A stretch of DNA of 64,000 nucleotides from contig NZ_SIRP01000001.1 in assembly GCF_011634835.1 (NCBI RefSeq), forward strand, positions 4,099,092 through 4,163,091, in the 5' to 3' direction. Shown here in pieces: positions 46,955 to 56,025 of this stretch. The stretch's first letter is position 1. Each line of letters opens with the position of its first letter. Origin of the DNA: Isoptericola sp. BMS4 (GTDB lineage Bacteria; Actinomycetota; Actinomycetes; Actinomycetales; Cellulomonadaceae). The notes under the pieces are model-generated. The model saw only the letters and a program-made list of their open reading frames with translations, made no database searches and was not told where the DNA came from. The translations under genes were made by a program, and so were the position numbers.

Positions 46955-48283
46955 ATGGCCCGCGTGCCGCACCCCGTGAGCTCGCCCGCGCCGCCACCCG
47001 CACGCCGTCCCGCGGCGCTGCCGCGGCTGCTGCGCTCGCCCTGGCTGCTGGCGGCCGGGTTCGTCGCGGTGCACACGTGGGTGGTGCTCGCGGCGATCGC
47101 CTGGGCGTACACGGTCTACGGCGACGTCACGCTGTACGAGTGGTGGGCGCGGCACGGCCTGACGGCCGGCGAGTGGCCCGTGCTGGATTACGACTGGGTC
47201 TACCCCGCCGGCGCCCTGGTCCCCGTGGTCCTCCCCGCGCTCGTCACCGGCGGCCTGCTCGGGTACAAGATCGCCTGGACGGCGATGATCGTCCTCCTCG
47301 ACGCCGTGGCGACGGTCGTGCTGGTGCGGTGCACGCGGCACGGCGTGCTCGGCGCCTGGTGGTGGCTGGTGTTCCTGCTCGCGCTCGGCCCCATCTTCGT
47401 CGGCCGGCTCGACGGCGTGATCGCACCGATGATCCTCGTCGCGCTCGTGCTCGCCGGCCGGCGCCCCGCGCTCGCCACGGCGATCGCCACCGCCGGCGCC
47501 TGGATCAAGATCGCCCCGGGCGCCGTCGTCGTGGCGCTGGCCGCGACCCGCGGACGGGTGCGGGACCTGTGGCGCTCGGTCATGGTCCCCGGCGCGGCGG
47601 TGAGCGTCGTGGTGGTGGGCCTGGCGATCGCCGGCGGGGCGGGCATGCGGGCGTTCAGCGTCTTCGGCCAGCAGGGCGCGCGCACCCTCCAGGTCGAGTC
47701 GGTCGCGGCCACCTGGTTCAGCGTCGCCCGCCTGTGGGACCCGGCCGTGTCCGTCGAGTACAACGACGAGATCTTCACGTACGAGGTGCAGGGCGAGGTC
47801 GCGCAGCGGGTCGCGGGCGCCCTCGACTGGCTGCTCCCCCTGGCCGTGCTGGCGCTCGCCGCGCTGACCTGGTGGGCGGCGCGGCGTCGCCCGGACCACA
47901 CCGCCGACGTCCTCCTCCTCGGGGCGGCGGCGCTGCTCCTCGCGCTCATCGTGTTCAACAAGGTCGGCTCCCCCCAGTTCGTCGCGTGGATCGGGCCGCC
48001 GATGGCCGCCGCGATCGCGCTCGCCACACCGGGACACCGCCGCATCTGGGTGCCGCCCGCCGTGGGCGTGGTCCTCACGGCGCTCGCCACCCACCTGGTC
48101 TACCCGGTCGCGTACGGGGAGTTCCTGTCGGCCGTGCCGTGGATCGTCGTGGTGGAGGCGCTGCGCAACCTCGCGCTGGTCGTGCTGCTCGGCGGCGCGG
48201 CCTGGCGTATGGCCCAGCTCGCCCGCGGCGGGGTGCGTGACAGCCGGGAGCCCCGCGACGAGGCAGGGTCAGCCCTGACCTGA
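46955..48283 (+). CDS. Glycosyltransferase family 87 (DUF2029) integral membrane mannosyltransferase-like protein
   Basis: Polytopic 442-aa protein with ...DYDWVYPAGA...GRLDGVIAPMILVAL...IKIAPG, typical of GT87/PimE-like proteins. Confidence 0.7.
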   Translation: MARVPHPVSSPAPPPARRPAALPRLLRSPWLLAAGFVAVHTWVVLAAIAWAYTVYGDVTLYEWWARHGLTAGEWPVLDYDWVYPAGALVPVVLPALVTGGLLGYKIAWTAMIVLLDAVATVVLVRCTRHGVLGAWWWLVFLLALGPIFVGRLDGVIAPMILVALVLAGRRPALATAIATAGAWIKIAPGAVVVALAATRGRVRDLWRSVMVPGAAVSVVVVGLAIAGGAGMRAFSVFGQQGARTLQVESVAATWFSVARLWDPAVSVEYNDEIFTYEVQGEVAQRVAGALDWLLPLAVLALAALTWWAARRRPDHTADVLLLGAAALLLALIVFNKVGSPQFVAWIGPPMAAAIALATPGHRRIWVPPAVGVVLTALATHLVYPVAYGEFLSAVPWIVVVEALRNLALVVLLGGAAWRMAQLARGGVRDSREPRDEAGSALT

Positions 48284-48805
48284 GGCGGCCTGGCGCTCGG
48301 CGTACGACCGGAACCAGTCCAAGGCGAACCGGTGGGCGGCGATGCCGTAGTCGAGCGTCGCGCGCTGGGAGGCGGCGACGTCGTCGTACCCCGGCGGCAC
48401 CTCCTCGGTGTCGAGCTGCGCGTCCAGCGCGGTGAGCCGGTCCAGGTCGGTCTCGATCCGGTGCGTGACGAGCGGCAGCACCCGGGCCCGGTCGGCCGGC
48501 TCCAGCAGCCCGAGGAAGAAGAGGCGTGGCAGGGCGGCCGCCTCGGCGTCGGGACCGGTGAGCGGGCCGGTCATCCAGGCGTGGAACTCCCGGCTGCCCG
48601 CGTCGGTGACCCGATAGACCGTACGGCCCCGCGCGCCGGCCTCGCCCGCCTCGACGAGGCCCTGGTCCAGGAGCCGGTCCAGGGCGCGCCGGATGCTCCC
48701 GGAGCTCGCGCTGTAGAAGAGCATCACGCCCGCCTCGAAGCTCTTGCCGAGGTCGTACTGGCTCTGCGGCGCGATGAGCAGCAGCCCGAGGATGACGTGT
48801 CCCAT
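48269..48805 (-). CDS. PadR family transcriptional regulator
   Basis: MGHVILGLLLIAPQSQYDLGKSFEAGVMLFYSASSGSIRRALDRLLDQGLVE (winged helix-turn-helix of PadR). Confidence 0.85.
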   Translation of the reverse strand: MGHVILGLLLIAPQSQYDLGKSFEAGVMLFYSASSGSIRRALDRLLDQGLVEAGEAGARGRTVYRVTDAGSREFHAWMTGPLTGPDAEAAALPRLFFLGLLEPADRARVLPLVTHRIETDLDRLTALDAQLDTEEVPPGYDDVAASQRATLDYGIAAHRFALDWFRSYAERQAASGQG

Positions 48806-48823
48806 GCCCCGAGCCTAGCCAAT

Positions 48824-48862
48824 CTGTCTCTGAGACAGGTCTAGTAGACATGTCTCAGAGAC
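48824..48862. promoter_or_regulatory. Candidate PadR operator: two palindromes TGTCTCTGAGACA and TGTCTCAGAGACA flanking AGACATGTCT
   Basis: Located 20-57 bp upstream of the PadR start. All three elements are perfect palindromes. Confidence 0.5.
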
Positions 48863-48989
48863 ACAACGAGAGATTCGCCCGCGACGTCACGGTCGCGCAG
48901 GCGCGTTCACCGCCGGGTCGCGCGTCGTTCACCCGGCACGCCCCCGGCCGCAACCCGCACTCCCTACGGTCACCGCGACGGCGCGTGAC

Positions 48990-50816
48990 GTGCGCCGTCG
49001 GCCGCCGACCGAGGGAGCCCCCGTGCCTCGCACCCCAGCCCGCACCGCCTCACCGACCCGCCGCCGCGCCCGCGGGCCCGCCGCGCTGACCGCCGCCGTC
49101 GCGGCCGTCGGCCTCGCGGCGCCGGGCGCGCACGCCTGGAGCCCCGCCGGCGTCGTCGACGACCCGGTCACCGTGGTCGCGGACGACGCGCGGATCTCCC
49201 TGGAGCCGCTCGGCTCCTACGCGACCGGCGTCTTCGACGAGTCCGCCGCGGAGATCGTCGCCTACCACGCGCGCTCCGAGCGCCTGTTCTCCGTGAACGC
49301 GCGGGCGGCCGAGGTCACCGCGCTCGACGTGTCGGACCCGGGCGCCCCGCGCCGCCTCTTCGCCGTGCAGACCGCGGGGTTGCGCGCCGCCGACGGCTCG
49401 CGGATCCCCGCGGGGGCCGTGGCGAACTCGGTCGCGGTGCGCGCGGACGGCCTCGGCGTCGTGGCCGTCGAGTCCGACGTGAAGACCGACGCCGGCTGGC
49501 TCGTGCTCTTCGACGCCGCGGGCGACGGGAGCGCGCTGGCCGCCGTGCGCGTCGGGGCCCTGCCGGACATGGTGACCGTCGCGCCCGACGGGCGCACCGC
49601 CGTCGTCGCGAACGAGGGCGAGCCCGCCGACGACTTCTCCGTGGACCCGGAGGGGTCCGTCTCGGTCGTCGACCTCCCCCGCCGGCTCACGGGGAAGCAC
49701 TCCGCGATCACTCAGGAGGACGTGCGCACGGCCGGTTTCCACGCGTTCGAGGGCGACGCGCTGCCGGACGGCGTCCGCGTCACCGGGCCGGACGTCGCGG
49801 ACGCGTCGGGGTCGTCGGCGTTCCGCGTCTCGCGCAACCTCGAGCCCGAGTACGTCACCGTGCCGAAGGGCTCGCGCACCGCGTACGTGACGCTGCAGGA
49901 GGCGAACGCGGTCGCCGTCGTCGACCTGCGCTCCGCCACGGTGACTGACGTGCTGCCCCTGGGCACCAAGGACCACTCGCTCCCGGGCCAGGGCCTCGAC
50001 CCCTCCGACGAGGACGGCGCCGCCGACGTGCGCGAGCTGCCGGTGCGCGGCCTGTACATGCCGGACGGGGTCGCGTCGTACACGTCCCGCGGCGAGACGT
50101 ACCTCGTCACGGCGAACGAGGGCGACGCCCGCGAGTGGGGCGACTACGAGGACGCCGCGCGCGTCAAGGACCTCGGCGACGACGGGCTGGCGCCGGTCTG
50201 CGACGACTCCCCCGCGGCCGGCCTGCTCGACGACGCCGACCTGGGCCGCCTCGACGTCTCCGTCGAGGACGGGCTGCGGCCCGACGGCTCGTGCTACGGC
50301 GAGCTGTACGCCTTCGGCGCCCGGTCCTTCTCCGTCTGGACCACCGACGGCGAGCAGGTCTTCGACTCGGGCGACGACTTCGAGCGGGTCACGGCGGACG
50401 CGCTCGGCGACGCGTTCAACACGGACCACTCCGAGACGAGCTTCGAGGGACGCAGCGACAACAAGGGCCCGGAGCCCGAGGCCGTGACGGTCGGGAAGGT
50501 GGCCGGCCGCACGTACGCGTTCGTCGGGCTGGAGCGCGCGAGCGGGATCATGGTCTACGACGTCACCGTCCCGGCCGAGTCGTCCTTCGTCACCTACGTG
50601 TCGAACCGGGACTACTCCGTGTCCGTCGAGGACGCCGTGGACGACGGCGCGGACCCGGCGTCGACCCTGGCGTCCGCCGGTGACCTGGGGCCGGAGGGCA
50701 TGGCGTTCGTCCCCGCGGGCGCGTCCCCGACGCACCGCCCGGTGCTCGCCGTCGCGAACGAGGTGTCCGGTACGACGACGCTGTTCGAGGTGGACCGCCT
50801 CACCGGGCGCCGCTGA
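48990..50816 (+). CDS. Secreted beta-propeller protein (choice-of-anchor I / phytase-esterase-like family); start uncertain
   Basis: Signal peptide ALTAAVAAVGLAAPGAHA; repeated VANEGEP / VTANEGDA / AVANEVSGT propeller-blade motifs. Confidence 0.55.
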   Translation: MRRRPPTEGAPVPRTPARTASPTRRRARGPAALTAAVAAVGLAAPGAHAWSPAGVVDDPVTVVADDARISLEPLGSYATGVFDESAAEIVAYHARSERLFSVNARAAEVTALDVSDPGAPRRLFAVQTAGLRAADGSRIPAGAVANSVAVRADGLGVVAVESDVKTDAGWLVLFDAAGDGSALAAVRVGALPDMVTVAPDGRTAVVANEGEPADDFSVDPEGSVSVVDLPRRLTGKHSAITQEDVRTAGFHAFEGDALPDGVRVTGPDVADASGSSAFRVSRNLEPEYVTVPKGSRTAYVTLQEANAVAVVDLRSATVTDVLPLGTKDHSLPGQGLDPSDEDGAADVRELPVRGLYMPDGVASYTSRGETYLVTANEGDAREWGDYEDAARVKDLGDDGLAPVCDDSPAAGLLDDADLGRLDVSVEDGLRPDGSCYGELYAFGARSFSVWTTDGEQVFDSGDDFERVTADALGDAFNTDHSETSFEGRSDNKGPEPEAVTVGKVAGRTYAFVGLERASGIMVYDVTVPAESSFVTYVSNRDYSVSVEDAVDDGADPASTLASAGDLGPEGMAFVPAGASPTHRPVLAVANEVSGTTTLFEVDRLTGRR

Positions 50817-50940
50817 CGCGCGAACGGGTGTCGCGGTGCGTCAGGATCCGGCTCCTGACGGACCGCGACGCCCATTCGAAGCTCGGCCTGGCGGTGGCCC
50901 TCAAACCTGGATATGTTTTGTCCAGTAAGGAGGTGGCGAC

Positions 50941-51420
50941 GTGCGGATGAACGAGGGCGTCGAGTGGGCGGCGCACGTGTGCGTGCTGCTGCACTGGGCC
51001 GAGGAGGGCGGCGACGCCCCGGTGCCGGCCACCCGGCTCGCGGCGGCCTACGACCTGCCCACGGCCTACCTCGTCAAGCAGCTCCAGGCCCTCGGCCGGG
51101 CCGGGCTGACGGAGTCGGTGCCGGGCCGGCGCGGCGGGGTGCGTCTCGCACGGCCGGCGGCGCGGATCACCCTGATGGACGTCGTCGCGGCGATCGAGGG
51201 CCCCGACGACGCCTTCGCCTGCACGGAGATCCGCCGGCAGGGCATGAACGCCGAGCGCCCCGCGCGCGACTTCGCGCAGCCCTGCGGCGTCGCGCACGCG
51301 ATGCGCGAGGCCGAGCTCGCCTGGCGGCGCGCCCTGGCCGCCACCTCGATCGCCGACCTGGCGGGCTCCACGCCCGCCGGGCGCGCCGCCGACGCGCGCC
51401 GCTTCCTCGCGGCGCCCTGA
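50941..51420 (+). CDS. Rrf2 family transcriptional regulator
   Basis: VEWAAHVCVLLHW...ATRLAAAYDLPTAYLVKQLQALGRAGLTESVPGRRGGVRLARP. Confidence 0.85.
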   Translation: MRMNEGVEWAAHVCVLLHWAEEGGDAPVPATRLAAAYDLPTAYLVKQLQALGRAGLTESVPGRRGGVRLARPAARITLMDVVAAIEGPDDAFACTEIRRQGMNAERPARDFAQPCGVAHAMREAELAWRRALAATSIADLAGSTPAGRAADARRFLAAP

Positions 51421-51496
51421 TCCCGGCCACGGCCGCCCCCGACGGCGCACCGTGGTCGATACCTGGATATCCGATATCTGCTTTGAAGGAGACAGC

Positions 51497-51952
51497 ATGA
51501 CGGTCACCGCCGCACGAGAGCCCCGCACCCCCACCCGGACGGCCAGCCCGGAGACGTTCCGGCTGCTGAGGGCGCTCGACGCCCGGATGAGCGAGTCGCT
51601 CGGCGCCGTCCTGTACGACCTCGTCAAGCTGCGCGCGTCCCAGCTCAACGGCTGCGCCTACTGCGTCGACACCCACGCCCGCGACCTCGAGCGGCGCGGC
51701 GTGCCGACCCGTACCGTCCACGGCGTCGCGGCCTGGCAGGAGAGCCCGTTCTTCGACGAGGAGCAGCGCGTCGCCCTCGCGTTCACCGAGACGCTCACCG
51801 CGGGCGTCGGCCACGTGGACGACCACCTGTGGGAGGAGGCCGGGCGCCTGCTGGGCACGGAGCGCCGCGCCGACCTCGTCGTCGCGGTCGGGGTCATCAC
51901 CACCTGGAACATGAGCGCCATCACGACCGGGCTGCGCCCCTCCGCGACCTGA
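51497..51952 (+). CDS. Carboxymuconolactone decarboxylase (AhpD-like) family protein
   Basis: LVKLRASQLNGCAYCVDTHARDL (CxxC / AhpD-core motif). RBS GAAGGAGA. Confidence 0.8.
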   Translation: MTVTAAREPRTPTRTASPETFRLLRALDARMSESLGAVLYDLVKLRASQLNGCAYCVDTHARDLERRGVPTRTVHGVAAWQESPFFDEEQRVALAFTETLTAGVGHVDDHLWEEAGRLLGTERRADLVVAVGVITTWNMSAITTGLRPSAT

Positions 51953-52153
51953 CGGAGAGCTCCCGCCGAGATCTCCGCCGACATCTCCCCGTGGGCGGCG
52001 ACAGGAATGGTGGCCGGCGGCCGGACGGCGGGCGACGCCGCCGTCCGGCTCGACCATCGGTGCAGGTCAGCGGCCTAGCCGCGCCGATTCCGGGCCGACA
52101 CGAGCCCTCAAGATCTCGAACGTGTCACAACTTCCGAGAATGTGAAGAAATGC

Positions 52154-52182
52154 TGGACACCTTTCGGAGGAGTTGCGATAGT
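52154..52182 (+). promoter_or_regulatory. Candidate promoter TGGACA-N17-GATAGT (copy 1 of a duplicated 5' cassette)
   Basis: The same hexamers, spacing and RBS-ATG context (CCAGGGGGGAAGyATGCAG) recur at 54024-54052. Confidence 0.4.
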
Positions 52183-52262
52183 CACTGAGAAGGTCTCTGC
52201 CTCTCGATTCGCCGCGCGCGACCGAGGGGCACCGGTCTTCGACGGACAACCAGGGGGGAAGC

Positions 52263-53852
52263 ATGCAGAGTGCAACGTGGGGTGCCGGGGGGCGCCCCCG
52301 GGGCAGGCCGCGGTGGACACGTGCCACCTCGCTCGTGGTCGCGATGGGGGTCGCGGGCACGATGGTCGGCCCGACCGGCGCGATGCCCGCCGCCGGTCTC
52401 GAGACAACGCAGGTCATACGGTCGCACGGCGCCGTCGCGCACCAGGTCCCCGCGGACCCGCACGTCGATCGGCCCGGCCCGGAGAAGCGTCCGGACGGAC
52501 GGCCCGCGCCCGGCGAGGGACGCCGCGACCGGTCGGAGCGTCCCGGCGAGCACGCGCCGCGCCCGGGCCCCGAGACCACCGACAAGACCACCGACGAGAC
52601 CCGGGTCGTGGACGCCGCGTCGCCGGTGCCGGCCGGCGGCGCGTCGCGCATCCGCTCCTCGGGATGGCGCCCGAAGGCCGACGTCTCGCTCTCGCTCGTC
52701 GGGCCGGACGGCGGCCCCGTCGGCGGTGCGGTGGCCGTGACCGCGAACGCGGAGGGCCGCGTCACGGGCCACGTCACGGTCCCGGTGCCCGCCGGCGCCG
52801 CCGCGGGCGCGTACACCGTGGTCGGCACCGACGAGGACGGCGGTTCCGCGACGGCGCGGATCGACGTGTACGCCCCGTCGCTGGAGGCCACGTCCCCGGT
52901 CCCCGCCGCGGGCCGCACCGGGATCGCCTCGGGCGGCTGGAGGGCGGCGTCCGACGTCACGCTGCGGCTGGCCGACCTCGACGGCAACCCCGCCGGAGAC
53001 CCGACGACCGTGACGACCGACGAGGACGGCGACGTCCCGGCCGGCACCGTCCTCGCCGTCCCCGCCGTGCCGGCGGGAACGACCCTGACGGTCGTCGCCC
53101 GCGACGACGCCGGGGCACGGGTCACGGACGAGGTCACGGTGATCGCGGCCAACGACCCGGTGGTCGACGTGTCGTCGCCGGTGCCGGCCGGCGGCGAGAT
53201 CCCGGTGACGTCCTCGGGATGGCCCGGCGAGACCGACCTCGTGCTGCGGCTGGCGGACGCTGCGGGAGCTGCCGCCGGCGACCCGGTGACCGTGACGACG
53301 GACGCGGACGGCACCGTCCCGGCCGGCACCACCGTTCCCGTGCCGGCCGGCACCGTGGCGGGCGTCCACACGCTGACGGCCGCCGACGGCGCCGGCCGCA
53401 CCGTGTCCGACGAGCTGCGGGTCTACGCGCCGTCCCTGGAGGTCGAGCCGTCGGACGACCCGGACGCGTGCGCCCGGGTCGCGTCGAGCGGCTGGCTCCC
53501 GAGGTCCGAGGTCACCCTGCGGGCGACCTCCACCGACGGGGCACGCCAGGGCGCCCCGACCACCGCGACCGCCGACGAGGACGGGACGCTGACCGACGTG
53601 TGCGCACCCGTGCCCGACGACGTGCCGCGGGACGACGTCACCGTCGTCGCCGTCGACGACGAGGGCGGGCGCGCCACGACCACACCGGCCGCGGACCCGA
53701 TGTCGGGCACACCGGCGCGGACGGTCGGGGCCGGGCTCGAGGTGGGCGACGGTGCCCGCTCGGCCGGCACGCCCGTCGCGGTGCTCACGCTCGTGGTCGA
53801 CGCCGCGACGCTCGTCGCGGCCCGGCTCGCGTCCCTCTTCCCCACCGGATAG
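52263..53852 (+). CDS. Secreted repeat protein with four ~88-aa tandem Ig-like modules (SPVPAGG...SSGW...)
   Basis: Signal peptide LVVAMGVAGTMVGPTGA; four internal repeats; C-terminal hydrophobic segment. Confidence 0.6.
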   Translation: MQSATWGAGGRPRGRPRWTRATSLVVAMGVAGTMVGPTGAMPAAGLETTQVIRSHGAVAHQVPADPHVDRPGPEKRPDGRPAPGEGRRDRSERPGEHAPRPGPETTDKTTDETRVVDAASPVPAGGASRIRSSGWRPKADVSLSLVGPDGGPVGGAVAVTANAEGRVTGHVTVPVPAGAAAGAYTVVGTDEDGGSATARIDVYAPSLEATSPVPAAGRTGIASGGWRAASDVTLRLADLDGNPAGDPTTVTTDEDGDVPAGTVLAVPAVPAGTTLTVVARDDAGARVTDEVTVIAANDPVVDVSSPVPAGGEIPVTSSGWPGETDLVLRLADAAGAAAGDPVTVTTDADGTVPAGTTVPVPAGTVAGVHTLTAADGAGRTVSDELRVYAPSLEVEPSDDPDACARVASSGWLPRSEVTLRATSTDGARQGAPTTATADEDGTLTDVCAPVPDDVPRDDVTVVAVDDEGGRATTTPAADPMSGTPARTVGAGLEVGDGARSAGTPVAVLTLVVDAATLVAARLASLFPTG

Positions 53853-54023
53853 CGGACGGCGGCAGCCCGGAGAACGGTCGCCCGCGGCCCGTCGCCGCCG
53901 TTCTCCGGGTCCCGCCGCGGGCGGCGGCCGGGACGTCCGGGCCGCCGTTCCGGCGCGCCCCGGACCGCGATCGCGCTGGTGGGACCGCGATCCTCAGTTC
54001 GTGATCAAAATGTGACGAACCCC

Positions 54024-54052
54024 TGGACACGGCCGTCGGGAGTTGCGATAGT
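54024..54052 (+). promoter_or_regulatory. Candidate promoter TGGACA-N17-GATAGT (copy 2)
   Basis: See 52154-52182. The shared string GGAGTTGCGATAGT sits 72-81 bp upstream of the two ATGs. Confidence 0.4.
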
Positions 54053-54123
54053 TCCCCCAGGGCCCCTTTTCCGGCACTTCGGACTCGGGGCCTTGATCTC
54101 TGAAATACCACCAGGGGGGAAGT

Positions 54124-55838
54124 ATGCAGAGGAAAGTACGCAGCCTGAAGCGGTCACAGACCGTTCTGGCAGGTGTCGCGATGGGGGTCGCGGGCACCAT
54201 GGTCGCCTCGACGGGGGTCGCGTTCGCCGACACCGTCGACGTCGACCCGCAGGGCTCCGCGGGCGTCGAGGCCGACGCCCTCGCCTCGGACCTGCTGGGC
54301 ACCGCCCTGGCCGGGGCGGACGACTCGGAGAAGGCCGGGGCCGCCGCGAGCGTCTTCGGTTCGAGCCTGCTCGGCAAGGACGTCGCCGGACTCGCGCAGT
54401 CGGAGGCGACGTTCCCGTCGAACCCCGGCCCGAACACGGCCGACCTCGACGTCGAGGCGCTCGGCGACAAGAGCATCAGCGTCGACGGTGTCGACGTCCC
54501 GCTCGACCAGATCATCGACTTCGGCCAGCTGGGCGCGCTGCAGAGCGAGTCCACGGCGACCGACGAGCTCAACACCGAGGCGATCTCCGGCCTGCTGGGC
54601 GCCGACGGCGCCATCACGCTCGACGGCGAGGACGGCGACTTCGGCGCCGCCGAGATCGACCTGCTCTCGCTCTTCGACGAGCTCGAGGTCAACTCGCTGA
54701 CCGACGGCGTCGTCGACGAGGCGACGCTCCGGCTCGGTGCGGGCGGCGCGCGCGTCGTCACCGAGGACGGCGAGTTCGTCGACCCGGACGGCGTGGGTGG
54801 TCCCGGCGAGTACCGCGTCGGCGAGGCGAGCGCCATCGCGCACTCGCCGCTCATCGAGCAGGCCGCCGGCCAGCTCTACGACGCGATCGGCACCTACGAG
54901 AAGCAGCTCGTGGGCAAGGTCAACGAGCTGATCGACACCACGGCGATCACCGGCACCCTGCCGGCCGGCGTGGACCTCAGCGAGACGTGGATCGAGTCGG
55001 ACATCCAGGACAAGGTGTTCGCCGCCGTCCTGGACGAGCCGATCACGACGAAGAACAAGTTCCTCACGATCGACTTCTCGACGGGGACCGCGACGATCCA
55101 CCTCGACCAGCTGCTCTCGGGCGAGCTGCGTCCGGGCCAGCCGACGGGTCTCAACGCGCAGAACCCGAACACGGAGCTCATCGACGACGAGATCTACCCG
55201 ATGATCGCCGAGAGGCGCAGAACCCGAACACGGAGCTCATCGACGACGAGATCTACCCGATGATCGCCGAGAGCGTGCACGACGCCATGAACGAGGCGAC
55301 GCACATCGCGCTCGGTGCGGTCGAGGGCGCGCTCGAGAGCGTCACGATCCACTTCGTCGCGGACGTCACTACGCCGCTGCTCGGCAACGCCACCGCCAAG
55401 TGGGACGTCAACCTCATGAGCGGTGACCTCACCAACGTCACCTGCGAGGGCGAGGGCCTCCTCGGTGGTCTGGGCTGCACGACGCTGAAGACCACGGTGA
55501 GCACGCTGGGCCCGGTCGTCGAGACGGCGCTCGTCCCGGCGCGCGACTTCGTGCTCGGCGACGGCGGTCAGCAGCTCTTCGACACGCTGATCGGCGACAT
55601 CAAGACCGGCGCCATCACGGTGCCGGTGCGTCAGGCGCTGGAGCCGTTCATCGAGCAGGTCGCCCAGGTCGTCTCGGTGCAGGTGAACCACCAGGCGACG
55701 CAGACGTGCACGGCGGACGACGGTTCGGAGCGGACCAGCGGTCTGCAGGTCTCGGCGCTCAGCGTCGGCCTCGTGCCGGCCTCGGACGCCGGGCGGCTCA
55801 ACCTCGGCAACGCCGGGGCGAGCATCACCGCCTGCTGA
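54124..55838 (+). pseudogene. Secreted protein gene disrupted by a perfect 59-bp tandem duplication that shifts the frame
   Basis: ORF 54124..55263 and ORF 53979..55838 both encode the peptide QNPNTELIDDEIYPMIAE in different frames. Removing one 59-bp copy gives a single 551-aa ORF. Signal peptide VLAGVAMGVAGTMVASTGVAFA. Confidence 0.6.
55156..55273 (+). repeat. Perfect 59-bp direct tandem duplication (2 x GCGCAGAACCCGAACACGGAGCTCATCGACGACGAGATCTACCCGATGATCGCCGAGAG)
   Basis: Read directly from the sequence: 55156-55214 equals 55215-55273. Confidence 0.85.
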
Positions 55839-56025
55839 TGCGCGACCGTCGCGCCGGGCACCGGCGCGACCCGCACTGACGCGGGCGTGACCGTGCGGCA
55901 CCACCGCCCGGTCACCCGCACGGAGAACGGCGGTCCGGTACGTCCGGGCCGCCGTTCTCGCGTTGCGCGTCCGCCGTCGTCACGCCCACCATCTCGCCAC
56001 ATATCTCGCCACGTTCGGAGCAAGC

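Noticed and set aside
53800-53852. Sortase LPXTG anchor in the repeat protein (LFPTG at the extreme C-terminus)
   Set aside because: The motif is the last five residues, with no downstream hydrophobic segment plus charged tail. It is more likely a plain C-terminal hydrophobic anchor.
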